A stretch of 32,000 nucleotides of DNA from Mycobacterium tuberculosis H37Rv (GTDB taxonomy: Bacteria; Actinomycetota; Actinomycetes; Mycobacteriales; Mycobacteriaceae), in contig NC_000962.3 in NCBI RefSeq assembly GCF_000195955.2, positions 3,510,001-3,542,000 on the forward strand, given 5' to 3'. The position numbers were made by a program, and so were the translations under genes. Shown here piece by piece: positions 1-10,514 of this stretch. Within the stretch, counting starts at the first letter, position 1. Each line of letters begins with the position of its first letter. A model generated the notes under the pieces. The model did no database searches and was not told the origin of the DNA. It was given only the letters and a program-made list of their open reading frames with translations.

Positions 1-55
1 CCCCATCGTGCTGGGCCGCACGGTGCTCTCACTGTTGCGCGCACCCGCCCACTAA
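1..55 (+). CDS. 3' end of an upstream gene (partial, open to the window edge); probably the Rv3143 response-regulator gene by remembered H37Rv synteny
   Basis: The frame is open from the window edge to TAA at 53-55 (...PIVLGRTVLSLLRAPAH*). Eighteen codons are too few to identify the product. The assignment rests only on remembered gene order. Confidence 0.3.
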   Translation, partial: PIVLGRTVLSLLRAPAH

Positions 56-87
56 CCGGACGCGGCCGGCATTCGCGGCGCGAACGT

Positions 88-1317
88 TCAGCCGCCCCGC
101 ATTTGAATCTTCGGGTCCTTTCTTACCCGAGGTCGTAATTGGCCCGCTGCCGCTTCCGGCCGCAACGACGGCGCTGTCTCCTCCGCCGCTGAAGTCTCTG
201 AAGCCTGCTGACCTTGCGCGGTGCGTAGTGTCGATTCCGGAATTCCAGAACCCGCGGATTGGCCTACCCGCGTTGTCGACAGCGGAGCGGCCTTGGCCGC
301 AACTTTCGGATCCACAGTTGGCAGCACCCCCATTGCTGGAACTTCAAGTTCTGGAACTTCCACAACGGCTTCCGGTGGCGCGGAAGCCGCCGGCTCTGGC
401 GCTCGAGCTGACTCGGTGGCAGTTCCCGGGGCAGAGTTAGTGCCGCCACGTGCCATCTGACCCAGAGCGGCGAGCGCGAGCGGGGCACCGATGAAGCCGG
501 GGCTCACAACGCCGGCATGGGCACTGGTAGCGCTCGACGCGACGACGTCTCCGGCGCCAACATCGCCACCGCCGAAATTCCCTTGGCCTACACTGCCATG
601 GGCCGGATCACCGGCCGCTAACCCGGCGCTAGCCACGCCGCCTCCGACGTAGCCGACGCCCCCGCCGCTAGCGGTTGCACCTCCGGTGCCGACGCTCTCA
701 CCGCCGCCGGTGCCGACGCTCTCGCCGCCAGTAGCGCCGGTGCCGACGCTCTCACCGCCAGTAGCGCCGGTGGCGCCGGCACCCAAACCCGGAAATCGCT
801 GCAGCAAACTCGCCCACGGCACCACTTGCGCGGCAATCGCCGATGCCCCGGAGTAGTACCCCGACATGGCGGCCACATCCGCGGCCCACATCTCCTCGTA
901 CACACCCTCGGCGGCAGCAATCAACGGCGCGTTCTGCCCGAACAAATTCGTCATCACCAGCTGCACGAATGCGTCGCGGTTGGCGGCCACCGCCGCCGGA
1001 AGCACCGTCGCCGCCTGCGCCGCCTCGAAGATGCTGGCCACTGCGCGCGCCTGTCCCGCCGCCCCGGCCGACTGAGCCGCTGCCGCGGTCAACCACCCCG
1101 CGTAGGGAGCCGCCGCTGCCGCCATCGCCAAGGCTGCCGGACCCTGCCACGCCTGACCCGCCAGCCCGGCCGTGACCGACGCAAATGATTGCGCCGCGGT
1201 CCCCAACTCTTCGGCAAGCCCGTCCCAGGCTGCCGCCGCCGCCAGCATCGGCGCAGTGCCTGCACCGATGAACATTCGCAAGGAATTGATCTCCGGCGGC
1301 AGCACGACGAAACTCAC
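88..1317 (-). CDS. PPE52: PPE family protein PPE52 (Rv3144c)
   Basis: 409-aa ORF with a GTG start at 1317, preceded by GGAAGGACGGGAG (SD-like). The N-terminus is [16 protein letters not shown], carrying the Pro-Pro-Glu motif and the conserved ~180-aa PPE domain (PYAGWL..., [27 protein letters not shown]). The C-terminus is Gly/Ala/Ser/Thr-rich and repetitive. Confidence 0.95.
   Translation of the reverse strand: MSFVVLPPEINSLRMFIGAGTAPMLAAAAAWDGLAEELGTAAQSFASVTAGLAGQAWQGPAALAMAAAAAPYAGWLTAAAAQSAGAAGQARAVASIFEAAQAATVLPAAVAANRDAFVQLVMTNLFGQNAPLIAAAEGVYEEMWAADVAAMSGYYSGASAIAAQVVPWASLLQRFPGLGAGATGATGGESVGTGATGGESVGTGGGESVGTGGATASGGGVGYVGGGVASAGLAAGDPAHGSVGQGNFGGGDVGAGDVVASSATSAHAGVVSPGFIGAPLALAALGQMARGGTNSAPGTATESARAPEPAASAPPEAVVEVPELEVPAMGVLPTVDPKVAAKAAPLSTTRVGQSAGSGIPESTLRTAQGQQASETSAAEETAPSLRPEAAAGQLRPRVRKDPKIQMRGG
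685..768. repeat. Tandem coding repeat in PPE52 (units of 24+30+30 nt, GGTGCCGACGCTCTCRCCGCC[AGTAGCGCC])
   Basis: Read directly from the sequence as unit 1 685-708, unit 2 709-738 and unit 3 739-768. On the minus strand it encodes (GAT)GGESVGT three times. Confidence 0.85.
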
Positions 1318-1681
1318 AGCTCCCGTCCTTCCGCTTCGCTGCTCGATGCCACGCCGACCTCAATACGGCCAACGATTAACCGGCAAATGCCGAGATTAAC
1401 AACAAATGCTGCGCTTATCAGGGGGTTAGACCAACATTCATACAATTCGCCGGGACGCGCAATCCCCAGTTTTGCTTCGCAGCGACCGACGCCGGACCCA
1501 GCCACGGGTTCTGCTTCGACTCGCACAGGTATGCACCAGCCTGACCCCGGGAATGTGGGGTGGCCGTTGCGCGACTATGTTGAAGGTCACTGTGACGGCC
1601 CGAAGCCCCGGTTCGTCACGGCAGCCCGGTCACCGCCCGGCCGCCGCGCTGGCGGCCCCGTACGACGGATCATGGAGCGAG
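1318..1681. promoter_or_regulatory. Divergent PPE52 / nuoA intergenic control region
   Basis: 364-bp gap between divergently oriented genes. It contains an AT-richer island (~1374-1460) with a 16-17 nt direct repeat. There is a TANNNT-type hexamer TACAAT at 1441-1446 (+) and a GGAG SD at 1673-1676, 5 nt before the nuoA TTG. No transcription start site can be proven from sequence. Confidence 0.35.
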
Positions 1682-2068
1682 TTGAACGTCTACATACCCA
1701 TCCTGGTACTGGCGGCGCTGGCCGCCGCCTTCGCCGTGGTGTCGGTGGTGATCGCGAGCCTGGTCGGCCCGTCGCGGTTCAACCGGTCAAAGCAGGCCGC
1801 CTACGAATGCGGGATCGAGCCCGCTAGCACTGGAGCCAGAACCTCCATTGGCCCCGGCGCGGCGAGCGGGCAGCGGTTCCCCATCAAGTACTACCTGACC
1901 GCGATGTTGTTCATCGTCTTCGACATCGAAATTGTGTTCCTCTACCCGTGGGCGGTCAGCTACGACTCGCTGGGCACGTTCGCGCTGGTCGAGATGGCGA
2001 TATTCATGCTCACGGTGTTCGTGGCCTACGCGTATGTGTGGCGCCGCGGGGGCCTGACGTGGGATTGA
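1682..2068 (+). CDS. nuoA: NADH-quinone oxidoreductase subunit A
   Basis: TTG start at 1682 with GGAG 5 nt upstream; 128 aa. The sequence (L)NVYIPILVLAALAAAF...FPIKYYLTAMLFIVFDIEIVFLYPWA matches the NuoA/ND3 signature. It is the first gene of the nuo cluster. The in-frame upstream extension (1472) is not hydrophobic and not ND3-like. Confidence 0.9.
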   Translation: MNVYIPILVLAALAAAFAVVSVVIASLVGPSRFNRSKQAAYECGIEPASTGARTSIGPGAASGQRFPIKYYLTAMLFIVFDIEIVFLYPWAVSYDSLGTFALVEMAIFMLTVFVAYAYVWRRGGLTWD

Positions 2069-2076
2069 GGTAGGGC

Positions 2077-2631
2077 GTGGGACTGGAAGAACAGCTGCCC
2101 GGCGGGATCCTGCTGTCGACCGTCGAGAAGGTGGCGGGCTATGTCCGCAAAAACTCCCTGTGGCCGGCAACATTCGGATTGGCGTGCTGTGCGATCGAGA
2201 TGATGGCGACCGCGGGACCAAGGTTTGACATTGCGCGGTTCGGGATGGAACGGTTCTCGGCCACGCCGCGGCAGGCAGATCTGATGATCGTGGCGGGCCG
2301 GGTCAGCCAGAAGATGGCGCCGGTACTGCGCCAGATCTATGACCAGATGGCGGAGCCGAAATGGGTTCTGGCCATGGGTGTGTGCGCCTCGTCAGGTGGG
2401 ATGTTCAACAACTATGCGATCGTGCAGGGCGTGGATCATGTTGTTCCGGTCGACATCTACCTACCCGGCTGCCCGCCGCGCCCGGAGATGCTGCTGCACG
2501 CAATCCTGAAGCTGCACGAAAAGATTCAGCAGATGCCATTAGGTATCAACCGGGAACGCGCTATCGCCGAGGCCGAAGAGGCGGCGTTGTTGGCCCGGCC
2601 CACCATCGAGATGCGCGGACTGCTGCGATGA
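2077..2631 (+). CDS. nuoB: NADH-quinone oxidoreductase subunit B (N2 4Fe-4S)
   Basis: 184 aa with a GTG start. Cluster N2 ligand motifs are present: [18 protein letters not shown] and [10 protein letters not shown]. Confidence 0.97.
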
Positions 2632-3338
2632 GCCCGCCGAACCAAGACGCCCAGGAAGGCCGCCCGGACTCCCCCACCGCGGAGGTGGTCGACGTTCGCC
2701 GCGGCATGTTCGGCGTCTCGGGCACCGGTGACACCTCCGGTTACGGACGGTTGGTGCGCCAAGTCGTCCTCCCTGGCAGCAGCCCCCGGCCCTACGGCGG
2801 CTACTTCGACGATATCGTCGACCGGCTGGCCGAGGCACTGCGGCACGAGCGCGTCGAATTCGAGGACGCCGTCGAGAAAGTCGTGGTCTACCGCGATGAA
2901 CTGACCCTGCACGTCCGCCGGGATCTACTGCCGCGGGTCGCCCAGCGGCTGCGCGACGAACCCGAATTGCGATTCGAGCTGTGTCTTGGGGTGAGCGGGG
3001 TGCACTACCCGCACGAGACGGGTCGGGAGCTGCATGCCGTCTACCCGCTGCAGTCGATCACCCACAACCGTCGCCTCCGGTTGGAAGTGTCTGCGCCGGA
3101 CAGTGATCCGCACATCCCTTCCCTGTTCGCGATCTATCCGACCAACGACTGGCACGAGCGGGAAACCTACGACTTCTTCGGGATCATCTTCGACGGCCAT
3201 CCGGCCCTGACCCGGATCGAGATGCCCGATGACTGGCAGGGGCATCCGCAACGCAAGGACTACCCTCTCGGCGGCATCCCGGTCGAATACAAGGGCGCGC
3301 AGATACCCCCGCCCGACGAGCGGAGGGGCTACAACTGA
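2628..3338 (+). CDS. nuoC: NADH-quinone oxidoreductase subunit C
   Basis: ATG at 2628 overlaps the nuoB stop (ATGA); 236 aa. The sequence shows the 30-kDa subunit signature ...[23 protein letters not shown]... Confidence 0.95.
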
Positions 3339-4660
3339 TGACGGCAATCGCCGACTCGGCTGGCGGCGCCGGCGAGACCGTCCTGGTCGCTGGCGGGCAG
3401 GACTGGCAGCAGGTCGTGGACGCCGCGCGCAGCGCGGATCCCGGTGAACGCATCGTCGTCAACATGGGGCCCCAGCACCCGTCTACCCACGGGGTGTTGC
3501 GGTTAATCCTGGAGATCGAGGGCGAAACAGTCGTCGAAGCCCGGTGCGGAATCGGCTACCTGCACACCGGAATCGAGAAGAACCTCGAATACCGGTACTG
3601 GACCCAGGGCGTCACCTTCGTGACCCGAATGGATTACCTGTCACCGTTTTTCAACGAAACCGCCTACTGCCTCGGCGTGGAGAAGCTGCTCGGCATCACC
3701 GATGAGATACCCGAGCGGGTCAACGTCATCCGCGTGCTGATGATGGAGCTCAACCGGATCTCGTCGCATTTGGTCGCATTGGCGACCGGGGGCATGGAAT
3801 TGGGCGCCATGACTCCGATGTTCGTCGGCTTCCGGGCACGCGAGATCGTGCTCACGCTGTTCGAAAAGATCACCGGTTTGCGGATGAACAGCGCCTACAT
3901 CCGACCCGGCGGCGTGGCGCAGGACTTACCGCCCAACGCGGCCACCGAAATCGCGGAAGCACTCAAGCAGTTGCGCCAACCACTGCGCGAAATGGGCGAG
4001 CTGCTCAACGAAAACGCCATCTGGAAGGCCCGCACCCAGGGCGTCGGATACCTGGATCTGACCGGATGCATGGCACTGGGCATCACCGGCCCGATACTGC
4101 GTTCCACTGGGTTGCCCCACGACCTGCGGAAAAGCGAGCCCTACTGCGGATACCAGCACTATGAATTCGATGTGATCACCGACGACAGCTGTGATGCCTA
4201 CGGGCGCTACATGATTCGCGTCAAAGAGATGTGGGAGTCGATGAAGATCGTGGAGCAGTGTCTGGACAAGTTACGACCCGGCCCGACCATGATCTCCGAT
4301 CGCAAGCTCGCCTGGCCGGCCGACCTGCAGGTGGGGCCCGACGGCCTGGGCAACTCACCCAAGCACATCGCCAAAATCATGGGCTCCTCGATGGAAGCGC
4401 TGATCCACCACTTCAAACTGGTCACCGAGGGCATCCGGGTGCCGGCGGGCCAGGTCTACGTCGCGGTGGAGTCCCCCCGTGGTGAGCTCGGCGTACACAT
4501 GGTCAGCGACGGTGGCACCCGCCCCTACCGGGTGCACTACCGGGATCCCTCCTTCACCAACCTGCAGTCCGTCGCCGCGATGTGCGAAGGCGGGATGGTC
4601 GCCGATTTGATCGCGGCGGTCGCCAGCATTGACCCGGTCATGGGCGGGGTGGACCGGTGA
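3338..4660 (+). CDS. nuoD: NADH-quinone oxidoreductase subunit D (49 kDa)
   Basis: 440 aa; the ATG shares one nucleotide with the nuoC stop (TGATG). Conserved sequence includes [23 protein letters not shown] and a C-terminal ...DPVMGGVDR. Confidence 0.97.
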   Translation: MTAIADSAGGAGETVLVAGGQDWQQVVDAARSADPGERIVVNMGPQHPSTHGVLRLILEIEGETVVEARCGIGYLHTGIEKNLEYRYWTQGVTFVTRMDYLSPFFNETAYCLGVEKLLGITDEIPERVNVIRVLMMELNRISSHLVALATGGMELGAMTPMFVGFRAREIVLTLFEKITGLRMNSAYIRPGGVAQDLPPNAATEIAEALKQLRQPLREMGELLNENAIWKARTQGVGYLDLTGCMALGITGPILRSTGLPHDLRKSEPYCGYQHYEFDVITDDSCDAYGRYMIRVKEMWESMKIVEQCLDKLRPGPTMISDRKLAWPADLQVGPDGLGNSPKHIAKIMGSSMEALIHHFKLVTEGIRVPAGQVYVAVESPRGELGVHMVSDGGTRPYRVHYRDPSFTNLQSVAAMCEGGMVADLIAAVASIDPVMGGVDR

Positions 4661-5415
4661 CACAGCCACCCGGTCAGCCGGTGTTCATCCGGCTCGGACC
4701 GCCACCGGACGAACCCAACCAGTTTGTCGTCGAGGGCGCTCCGCGGTCGTATCCGCCGGACGTACTGGCGCGGCTGGAGGTCGACGCCAAGGAGATCATC
4801 GGCCGCTATCCCGACAGGCGCTCGGCGCTGTTGCCGTTGCTGCACCTGGTGCAGGGCGAGGATTCCTACCTGACGCCGGCGGGTTTGCGGTTCTGCGCCG
4901 ATCAACTCGGGCTGACCGGGGCCGAGGTGTCGGCGGTGGCCAGCTTCTACACCATGTACCGCCGGCGCCCCACCGGCGAGTACCTGGTGGGTGTGTGCAC
5001 GAACACGCTGTGCGCCGTCATGGGCGGCGACGCCATCTTCGACCGCCTCAAAGAGCATCTCGGCGTCGGCCACGACGAAACCACCTCCGACGGTGTGGTC
5101 ACCTTGCAACACATCGAATGCAACGCCGCCTGCGATTACGCACCGGTGGTGATGGTCAACTGGGAATTCTTCGACAACCAGACGCCGGAGTCCGCGCGCG
5201 AACTCGTCGACTCGCTGCGCTCCGACACACCGAAGGCGCCCACCCGCGGCGCGCCGCTGTGCGGCTTCCGGCAAACATCGCGCATCCTGGCGGGTCTACC
5301 CGACCAGCGTCCCGACGAAGGCCAGGGCGGTCCCGGCGCGCCCACCCTGGCCGGGCTGCAGGTGGCAAGGAAGAACGACATGCAGGCGCCACCAACCCCC
5401 GGAGCGGACGAATGA
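4657..5415 (+). CDS. nuoE: NADH-quinone oxidoreductase subunit E (2Fe-2S)
   Basis: 252 aa; GTG overlaps the nuoD stop (GTGA). The 2Fe-2S ligand pattern is GVCTNTLC...[11 protein letters not shown]. The C-terminal tail is Pro/Gly-rich. Confidence 0.95.
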   Translation: MTQPPGQPVFIRLGPPPDEPNQFVVEGAPRSYPPDVLARLEVDAKEIIGRYPDRRSALLPLLHLVQGEDSYLTPAGLRFCADQLGLTGAEVSAVASFYTMYRRRPTGEYLVGVCTNTLCAVMGGDAIFDRLKEHLGVGHDETTSDGVVTLQHIECNAACDYAPVVMVNWEFFDNQTPESARELVDSLRSDTPKAPTRGAPLCGFRQTSRILAGLPDQRPDEGQGGPGAPTLAGLQVARKNDMQAPPTPGADE

Positions 5416-6749
5416 CCACGCAGGCCACCCCGTTGACCCCGGTGATCAGCCGCCACTGGGACGACCCGGAGTCGTGGACCCTGGCCACTTATCAACGCCA
5501 CGATCGCTATCGGGGCTATCAGGCGTTGCAGAAAGCCCTGACGATGCCGCCCGACGACGTGATCAGCATCGTCAAGGATTCCGGGTTACGCGGACGCGGC
5601 GGCGCGGGCTTTGCCACCGGGACCAAGTGGTCGTTCATCCCGCAGGGCGACACCGGCGCCGCGGCCAAGCCGCACTACCTGGTGGTCAACGCCGACGAGT
5701 CCGAACCCGGTACGTGCAAAGACATTCCGTTGATGCTGGCGACGCCACATGTGCTCATCGAAGGCGTCATCATCGCCGCCTACGCGATCCGCGCCCATCA
5801 CGCGTTCGTCTACGTACGCGGTGAGGTGGTGCCGGTATTGCGCCGGCTGCACAACGCGGTGGCCGAGGCCTATGCCGCCGGCTTCCTAGGCCGCAACATC
5901 GGAGGTTCCGGATTCGATCTGGAGCTGGTGGTACACGCCGGCGCGGGCGCCTACATCTGCGGCGAGGAGACCGCCCTGCTCGACTCGCTGGAAGGCCGGC
6001 GCGGCCAGCCGCGGCTGCGGCCCCCCTTCCCCGCGGTGGCCGGTCTGTATGGCTGCCCGACCGTGATCAACAACGTCGAAACGATCGCCAGTGTCCCATC
6101 GATCATCCTGGGCGGCATCGACTGGTTCCGGTCGATGGGCAGCGAGAAATCGCCTGGCTTCACCCTGTATTCGCTGTCCGGCCACGTCACCCGCCCCGGC
6201 CAGTACGAGGCGCCGCTGGGCATTACGCTGCGCGAGTTGCTCGACTACGCAGGCGGGGTGCGCGCCGGGCACCGGCTGAAGTTCTGGACACCGGGCGGCT
6301 CGTCGACCCCGCTGCTCACCGACGAGCATCTGGATGTGCCGCTGGACTACGAGGGTGTGGGTGCGGCCGGCTCGATGCTGGGGACCAAGGCGCTGGAGAT
6401 CTTCGACGAGACCACCTGCGTGGTGCGCGCGGTGCGCCGCTGGACCGAGTTCTACAAGCACGAATCGTGTGGGAAATGCACGCCGTGCCGGGAGGGCACC
6501 TTCTGGCTGGATAAGATCTACGAGCGGCTGGAAACCGGCCGGGGTAGCCATGAAGACATTGACAAACTGTTGGACATTTCCGATTCCATCTTGGGAAAGT
6601 CGTTCTGCGCGTTGGGCGACGGTGCCGCGAGTCCGGTGATGTCGTCGATCAAGCACTTCCGCGACGAGTACCTGGCCCACGTCGAAGGAGGCGGTTGCCC
6701 ATTCGACCCCCGAGACTCCATGCTCGTCGCGAACGGAGTGGACGCGTGA
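5412..6749 (+). CDS. nuoF: NADH-quinone oxidoreductase subunit F (NADH/FMN site, N3 4Fe-4S)
   Basis: ATG at 5412 overlaps the nuoE stop (ATGA); 445 aa. Motifs present are [22 protein letters not shown] and [12 protein letters not shown]. The 706-aa track ORF is an out-of-frame read-through of nuoE. Confidence 0.96.
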
Positions 6750-9166
6750 CCCAGGCGGCCGACACTGACATCCGGGTAGGCCAACCGGAGATGGTGACAC
6801 TGACCATCGACGGCGTCGAAATCAGCGTCCCCAAGGGCACGTTGGTGATTCGCGCCGCCGAACTGATGGGAATCCAGATCCCGCGATTCTGCGACCACCC
6901 GCTGCTGGAGCCCGTCGGCGCCTGCCGGCAATGCCTGGTCGAGGTCGAAGGGCAACGCAAGCCGCTGGCGTCGTGCACCACCGTGGCCACCGACGACATG
7001 GTGGTGCGCACCCAACTCACCTCCGAGATTGCCGACAAGGCCCAGCACGGTGTGATGGAACTGCTGCTGATCAACCATCCGCTGGATTGCCCGATGTGCG
7101 ACAAGGGCGGTGAATGCCCGCTGCAAAACCAGGCAATGTCTAACGGCCGCACGGATTCTCGCTTCACCGAGGCCAAACGTACCTTCGCCAAACCGATCAA
7201 CATCTCCGCGCAGGTGCTGCTGGACCGCGAACGTTGCATCCTGTGCGCCCGCTGCACCCGGTTCTCCGACCAGATCGCCGGCGATCCGTTCATCGATATG
7301 CAGGAGCGCGGCGCCCTGCAGCAGGTCGGTATCTACGCCGATGAACCGTTCGAGTCGTACTTCTCCGGCAACACGGTGCAGATCTGCCCGGTGGGGGCGC
7401 TAACGGGGACCGCCTACCGGTTCCGCGCGCGTCCGTTCGATTTGGTCTCCAGCCCCAGCGTCTGCGAGCACTGCGCGTCGGGCTGCGCGCAACGCACCGA
7501 CCATCGCCGCGGCAAGGTGCTGCGGCGGCTGGCCGGTGACGACCCGGAAGTCAACGAGGAGTGGAACTGCGACAAGGGCCGGTGGGCCTTCACGTACGCG
7601 ACCCAGCCGGACGTGATCACCACTCCCCTGATCCGCGACGGTGGGGACCCCAAGGGCGCGCTGGTGCCCACCTCGTGGTCGCACGCAATGGCGGTGGCCG
7701 CCCAGGGACTGGCGGCAGCGCGGGGCCGCACCGGGGTGCTGGTCGGCGGCCGAGTGACCTGGGAGGACGCCTACGCGTACGCCAAGTTCGCGCGGATCAC
7801 GTTGGGCACCAACGACATCGACTTCCGCGCCCGGCCGCACTCGGCCGAGGAGGCCGACTTCCTGGCGGCCCGCATCGCCGGGCGGCATATGGCGGTCAGC
7901 TATGCCGATTTGGAATCGGCTCCGGTGGTGCTGCTGGTGGGATTCGAGCCCGAAGACGAGTCGCCGATCGTGTTTCTGCGGTTACGCAAGGCCGCTCGCA
8001 GACACCGCGTCCCGGTGTACACGATCGCCCCCTTTGCCACTGGTGGCCTGCACAAAATGTCGGGCCGGCTGATCAAAACCGTTCCTGGTGGCGAACCCGC
8101 GGCGCTGGACGATCTGGCCACCGGTGCAGTGGGCGACCTGCTGGCCACCCCGGGCGCGGTCATCATAGTCGGGGAGCGCTTGGCCACGGTACCGGGCGGA
8201 TTGTCGGCGGCCGCTCGGCTGGCCGATACGACCGGCGCCCGTTTGGCGTGGGTGCCGCGGCGGGCGGGGGAACGCGGAGCGCTGGAAGCCGGAGCGTTGC
8301 CCACGCTGTTACCCGGTGGCCGCCCGCTGGCCGACGAGGTCGCCCGCGCGCAGGTGTGTGCGGCGTGGCATATCGCCGAATTGCCTGCCGCGGCTGGACG
8401 GGACGCCGACGGCATCCTGGCCGCCGCTGCCGACGAGACGTTGGCTGCGCTGCTGGTCGGGGGTATCGAACCCGCGGACTTCGCCGACCCGGACGCCGTG
8501 CTGGCCGCGTTGGACGCCACCGGTTTCGTGGTCAGCCTGGAGCTGCGACACAGTACGGTCACCGAACGCGCCGACGTGGTGTTCCCGGTCGCGCCGACGA
8601 CCCAGAAAGCCGGCGCGTTCGTCAACTGGGAGGGTCGCTACCGTACATTCGAACCCGCGCTGCGCGGCAGCACACTGCAAGCTGGCCAGTCGGATCACCG
8701 GGTGCTGGACGCGTTGGCCGACGACATGGGTGTCCATCTGGGCGTGCCCACCGTGGAGGCGGCCCGCGAGGAGCTGGCCGCGCTCGGTATCTGGGACGGC
8801 AAACACGCTGCCGGTCCCCACATCGCGGCCACCGGGCCGACCCAACCCGAAGCTGGTGAGGCGATCTTGACCGGGTGGCGGATGCTCCTCGACGAGGGCC
8901 GCCTGCAGGACGGCGAACCATATCTGGCCGGTACCGCGCGCACACCCGTGGTACGGCTGTCGCCGGATACGGCAGCCGAGATCGGCGCCGCCGATGGCGA
9001 GGCGGTCACGGTCAGCACGTCACGCGGCTCAATCACCTTGCCGTGCAGTGTCACCGACATGCCCGACCGCGTCGTGTGGCTTCCGCTGAACTCGGCGGGC
9101 TCGACGGTGCACCGACAGCTGAGGGTGACAATCGGCAGCATCGTGAAAATCGGAGCGGGCTCATGA
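6746..9166 (+). CDS. nuoG: NADH-quinone oxidoreductase subunit G (75 kDa Fe-S subunit)
   Basis: GTG at 6746 overlaps the nuoF stop (GTGA); 806 aa. Fe-S motifs are [36 protein letters not shown] and [10 protein letters not shown], followed by a molybdopterin-oxidoreductase-like domain. Confidence 0.96.
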
Positions 9167-9285
9167 GCGTCTCCCCTTGCCGCGAGCGCGCGTGTTCCCC
9201 CGCAAGCGGGAGGTGCCCCCAGTACGCCGACACACCGATTTTGATGTACCAGTGCGGACCCTCGCGCAAGGAGTGGCGGCCATGA
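9163..9285 (+). other. 40-codon bridging mini-ORF inside the nuoG-nuoH repeat element ([40 protein letters not shown])
   Basis: ATG 9163-9165 overlaps the nuoG TGA (9164-9166). Its own TGA 9283-9285 overlaps the nuoH ATG (9282-9284). This fits the published description of MIRU-borne ORFs. Translation is unproven. Confidence 0.35.
9167..9281. repeat. Interspersed repeat copy A (MIRU-like), nuoG-nuoH intercistronic
   Basis: Core TTCCCCCGCAAGCGGGAGGTGCCCCCAG at 9196-9222 recurs at 10532-10558 and 14471-14497. It fills the only gap longer than 10 nt in the operon. An AAGGAG SD for nuoH lies at 9268-9273. Confidence 0.7.
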
Positions 9286-10514
9286 CCACGTTCGGCCACG
9301 ACACCTGGTGGCTGGTGGCGGCCAAAGCGATCGCGGTATTCGTGTTCCTCATGCTGACGGTGCTGGTGGCGATCCTGGCCGAACGCAAGCTGCTGGGCCG
9401 GATGCAGTTGCGGCCCGGCCCCAACCGGGTTGGCCCAAAAGGAGCCCTGCAGAGCCTGGCTGACGGCATCAAGCTGGCGCTCAAAGAGAGCATCACACCC
9501 GGTGGCATCGATCGATTCGTATATTTTGTGGCGCCGATCATTTCGGTGATTCCGGCATTCACCGCTTTCGCGTTCATCCCGTTTGGTCCCGAGGTGTCGG
9601 TGTTTGGCCACCGGACACCGTTGCAGATAACCGACCTTCCCGTCGCCGTGCTGTTCATCCTGGGACTGTCGGCGATCGGGGTATACGGCATCGTGCTGGG
9701 CGGTTGGGCGTCCGGGTCCACCTACCCGCTGCTGGGCGGGGTGCGCTCCACCGCGCAGGTCATCTCCTACGAGGTCGCGATGGGCCTGTCGTTCGCGACG
9801 GTGTTCCTTATGGCCGGCACCATGTCGACGTCGCAGATCGTGGCCGCACAAGACGGTGTCTGGTATGCCTTCCTGTTGTTGCCGTCATTCGTCATCTATC
9901 TCATTTCTATGGTGGGTGAAACCAACCGGGCGCCGTTCGATTTGCCCGAAGCCGAGGGCGAGCTGGTCGCGGGATTCCACACCGAGTACTCGTCGTTGAA
10001 GTTCGCGATGTTCATGCTCGCCGAGTACGTCAATATGACTACGGTTTCGGCACTGGCCGCGACCCTATTCTTCGGTGGCTGGCATGCTCCCTGGCCGCTG
10101 AACATGTGGGCGAGCGCCAACACCGGCTGGTGGCCACTGATCTGGTTCACCGCTAAAGTGTGGGGCTTTCTGTTCATCTATTTCTGGCTGCGGGCTACGC
10201 TGCCGCGGCTGCGCTACGACCAGTTCATGGCGCTGGGCTGGAAGTTATTGATCCCCGTCTCGCTGGTGTGGGTGATGGTCGCCGCGATCATCCGCTCACT
10301 ACGCAACCAGGGCTACCAGTACTGGACCCCGACTCTGGTGTTTAGCAGCATTGTCGTTGCCGCTGCCATGGTGCTGTTGTTGCGAAAGCCGTTGAGCGCT
10401 CCCGGCGCTCGCGCATCGGCACGGCAACGCGGGGACGAAGGCACCAGCCCTGAACCGGCATTTCCGACACCACCGCTGCTAGCCGGTGCAACCAAGGAGA
10501 ATGCAGGTGGCTAA
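9282..10514 (+). CDS. nuoH: NADH-quinone oxidoreductase subunit H
   Basis: ATG at 9282 with AAGGAG 8 nt upstream; 410 aa. It is a polytopic ND1-like protein (...[19 protein letters not shown]..., ...[27 protein letters not shown]...). Confidence 0.95.

Noticed and set aside
56-87. GC-rich imperfect inverted repeat between the convergent upstream gene and PPE52 as a bidirectional terminator
   Set aside because: The best pairing I could find is a 4-bp stem with mismatches. This is not convincing.
752-1372. Long alternative-frame or antisense ORFs overlapping real genes, for example 752-1372(-), 5886-6800(-), 6518-7293(-), 7561-8859(+), 7900-8625(-), 9051-9851(-), 13284-14048(-), 21170-21865(-), 21420-22307(+), 23048-23911(+), 24753-25652(+), 28643-29497(-), 29532-30164(+)
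   Set aside because: Their Arg/Gly/Pro/Ala-dominated composition is typical of non-coding frames in ~65% GC DNA. Each is fully nested in a gene with clear family signatures, and none has SD or start support.
4629-5411. The 706-aa track ORF suggests nuoF starts at 4629
   Set aside because: The first 261 residues are an Arg/Ala/Gly-rich out-of-frame read through nuoE. The conserved NuoF sequence begins at ATG 5412, which overlaps the nuoE stop. The same logic applies to the extended ORFs for nuoA (1472), nuoC (2361), nuoG (6695), nuoK (11111), Rv3169 (27109), PPE53 (19322), and Rv3160c, Rv3161c, Rv3167c and hpx.
9197-9212. The CCCG-CAAG-CGGG hairpin core of the repeat as a possible intrinsic terminator or attenuator
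   Set aside because: The stem is very short, there is no U-tract, and two of the three copies lie inside translated sequence in the middle of an operon that must be read through. It is more likely a structural feature of the repeat.
9177-9281. TTG-initiated in-frame extension of nuoH through the repeat element
   Set aside because: The ATG at 9282 has an AAGGAG SD at ideal spacing, and the ND1-like hydrophobic sequence starts there. The extension is basic, non-hydrophobic and encoded by the repeat.
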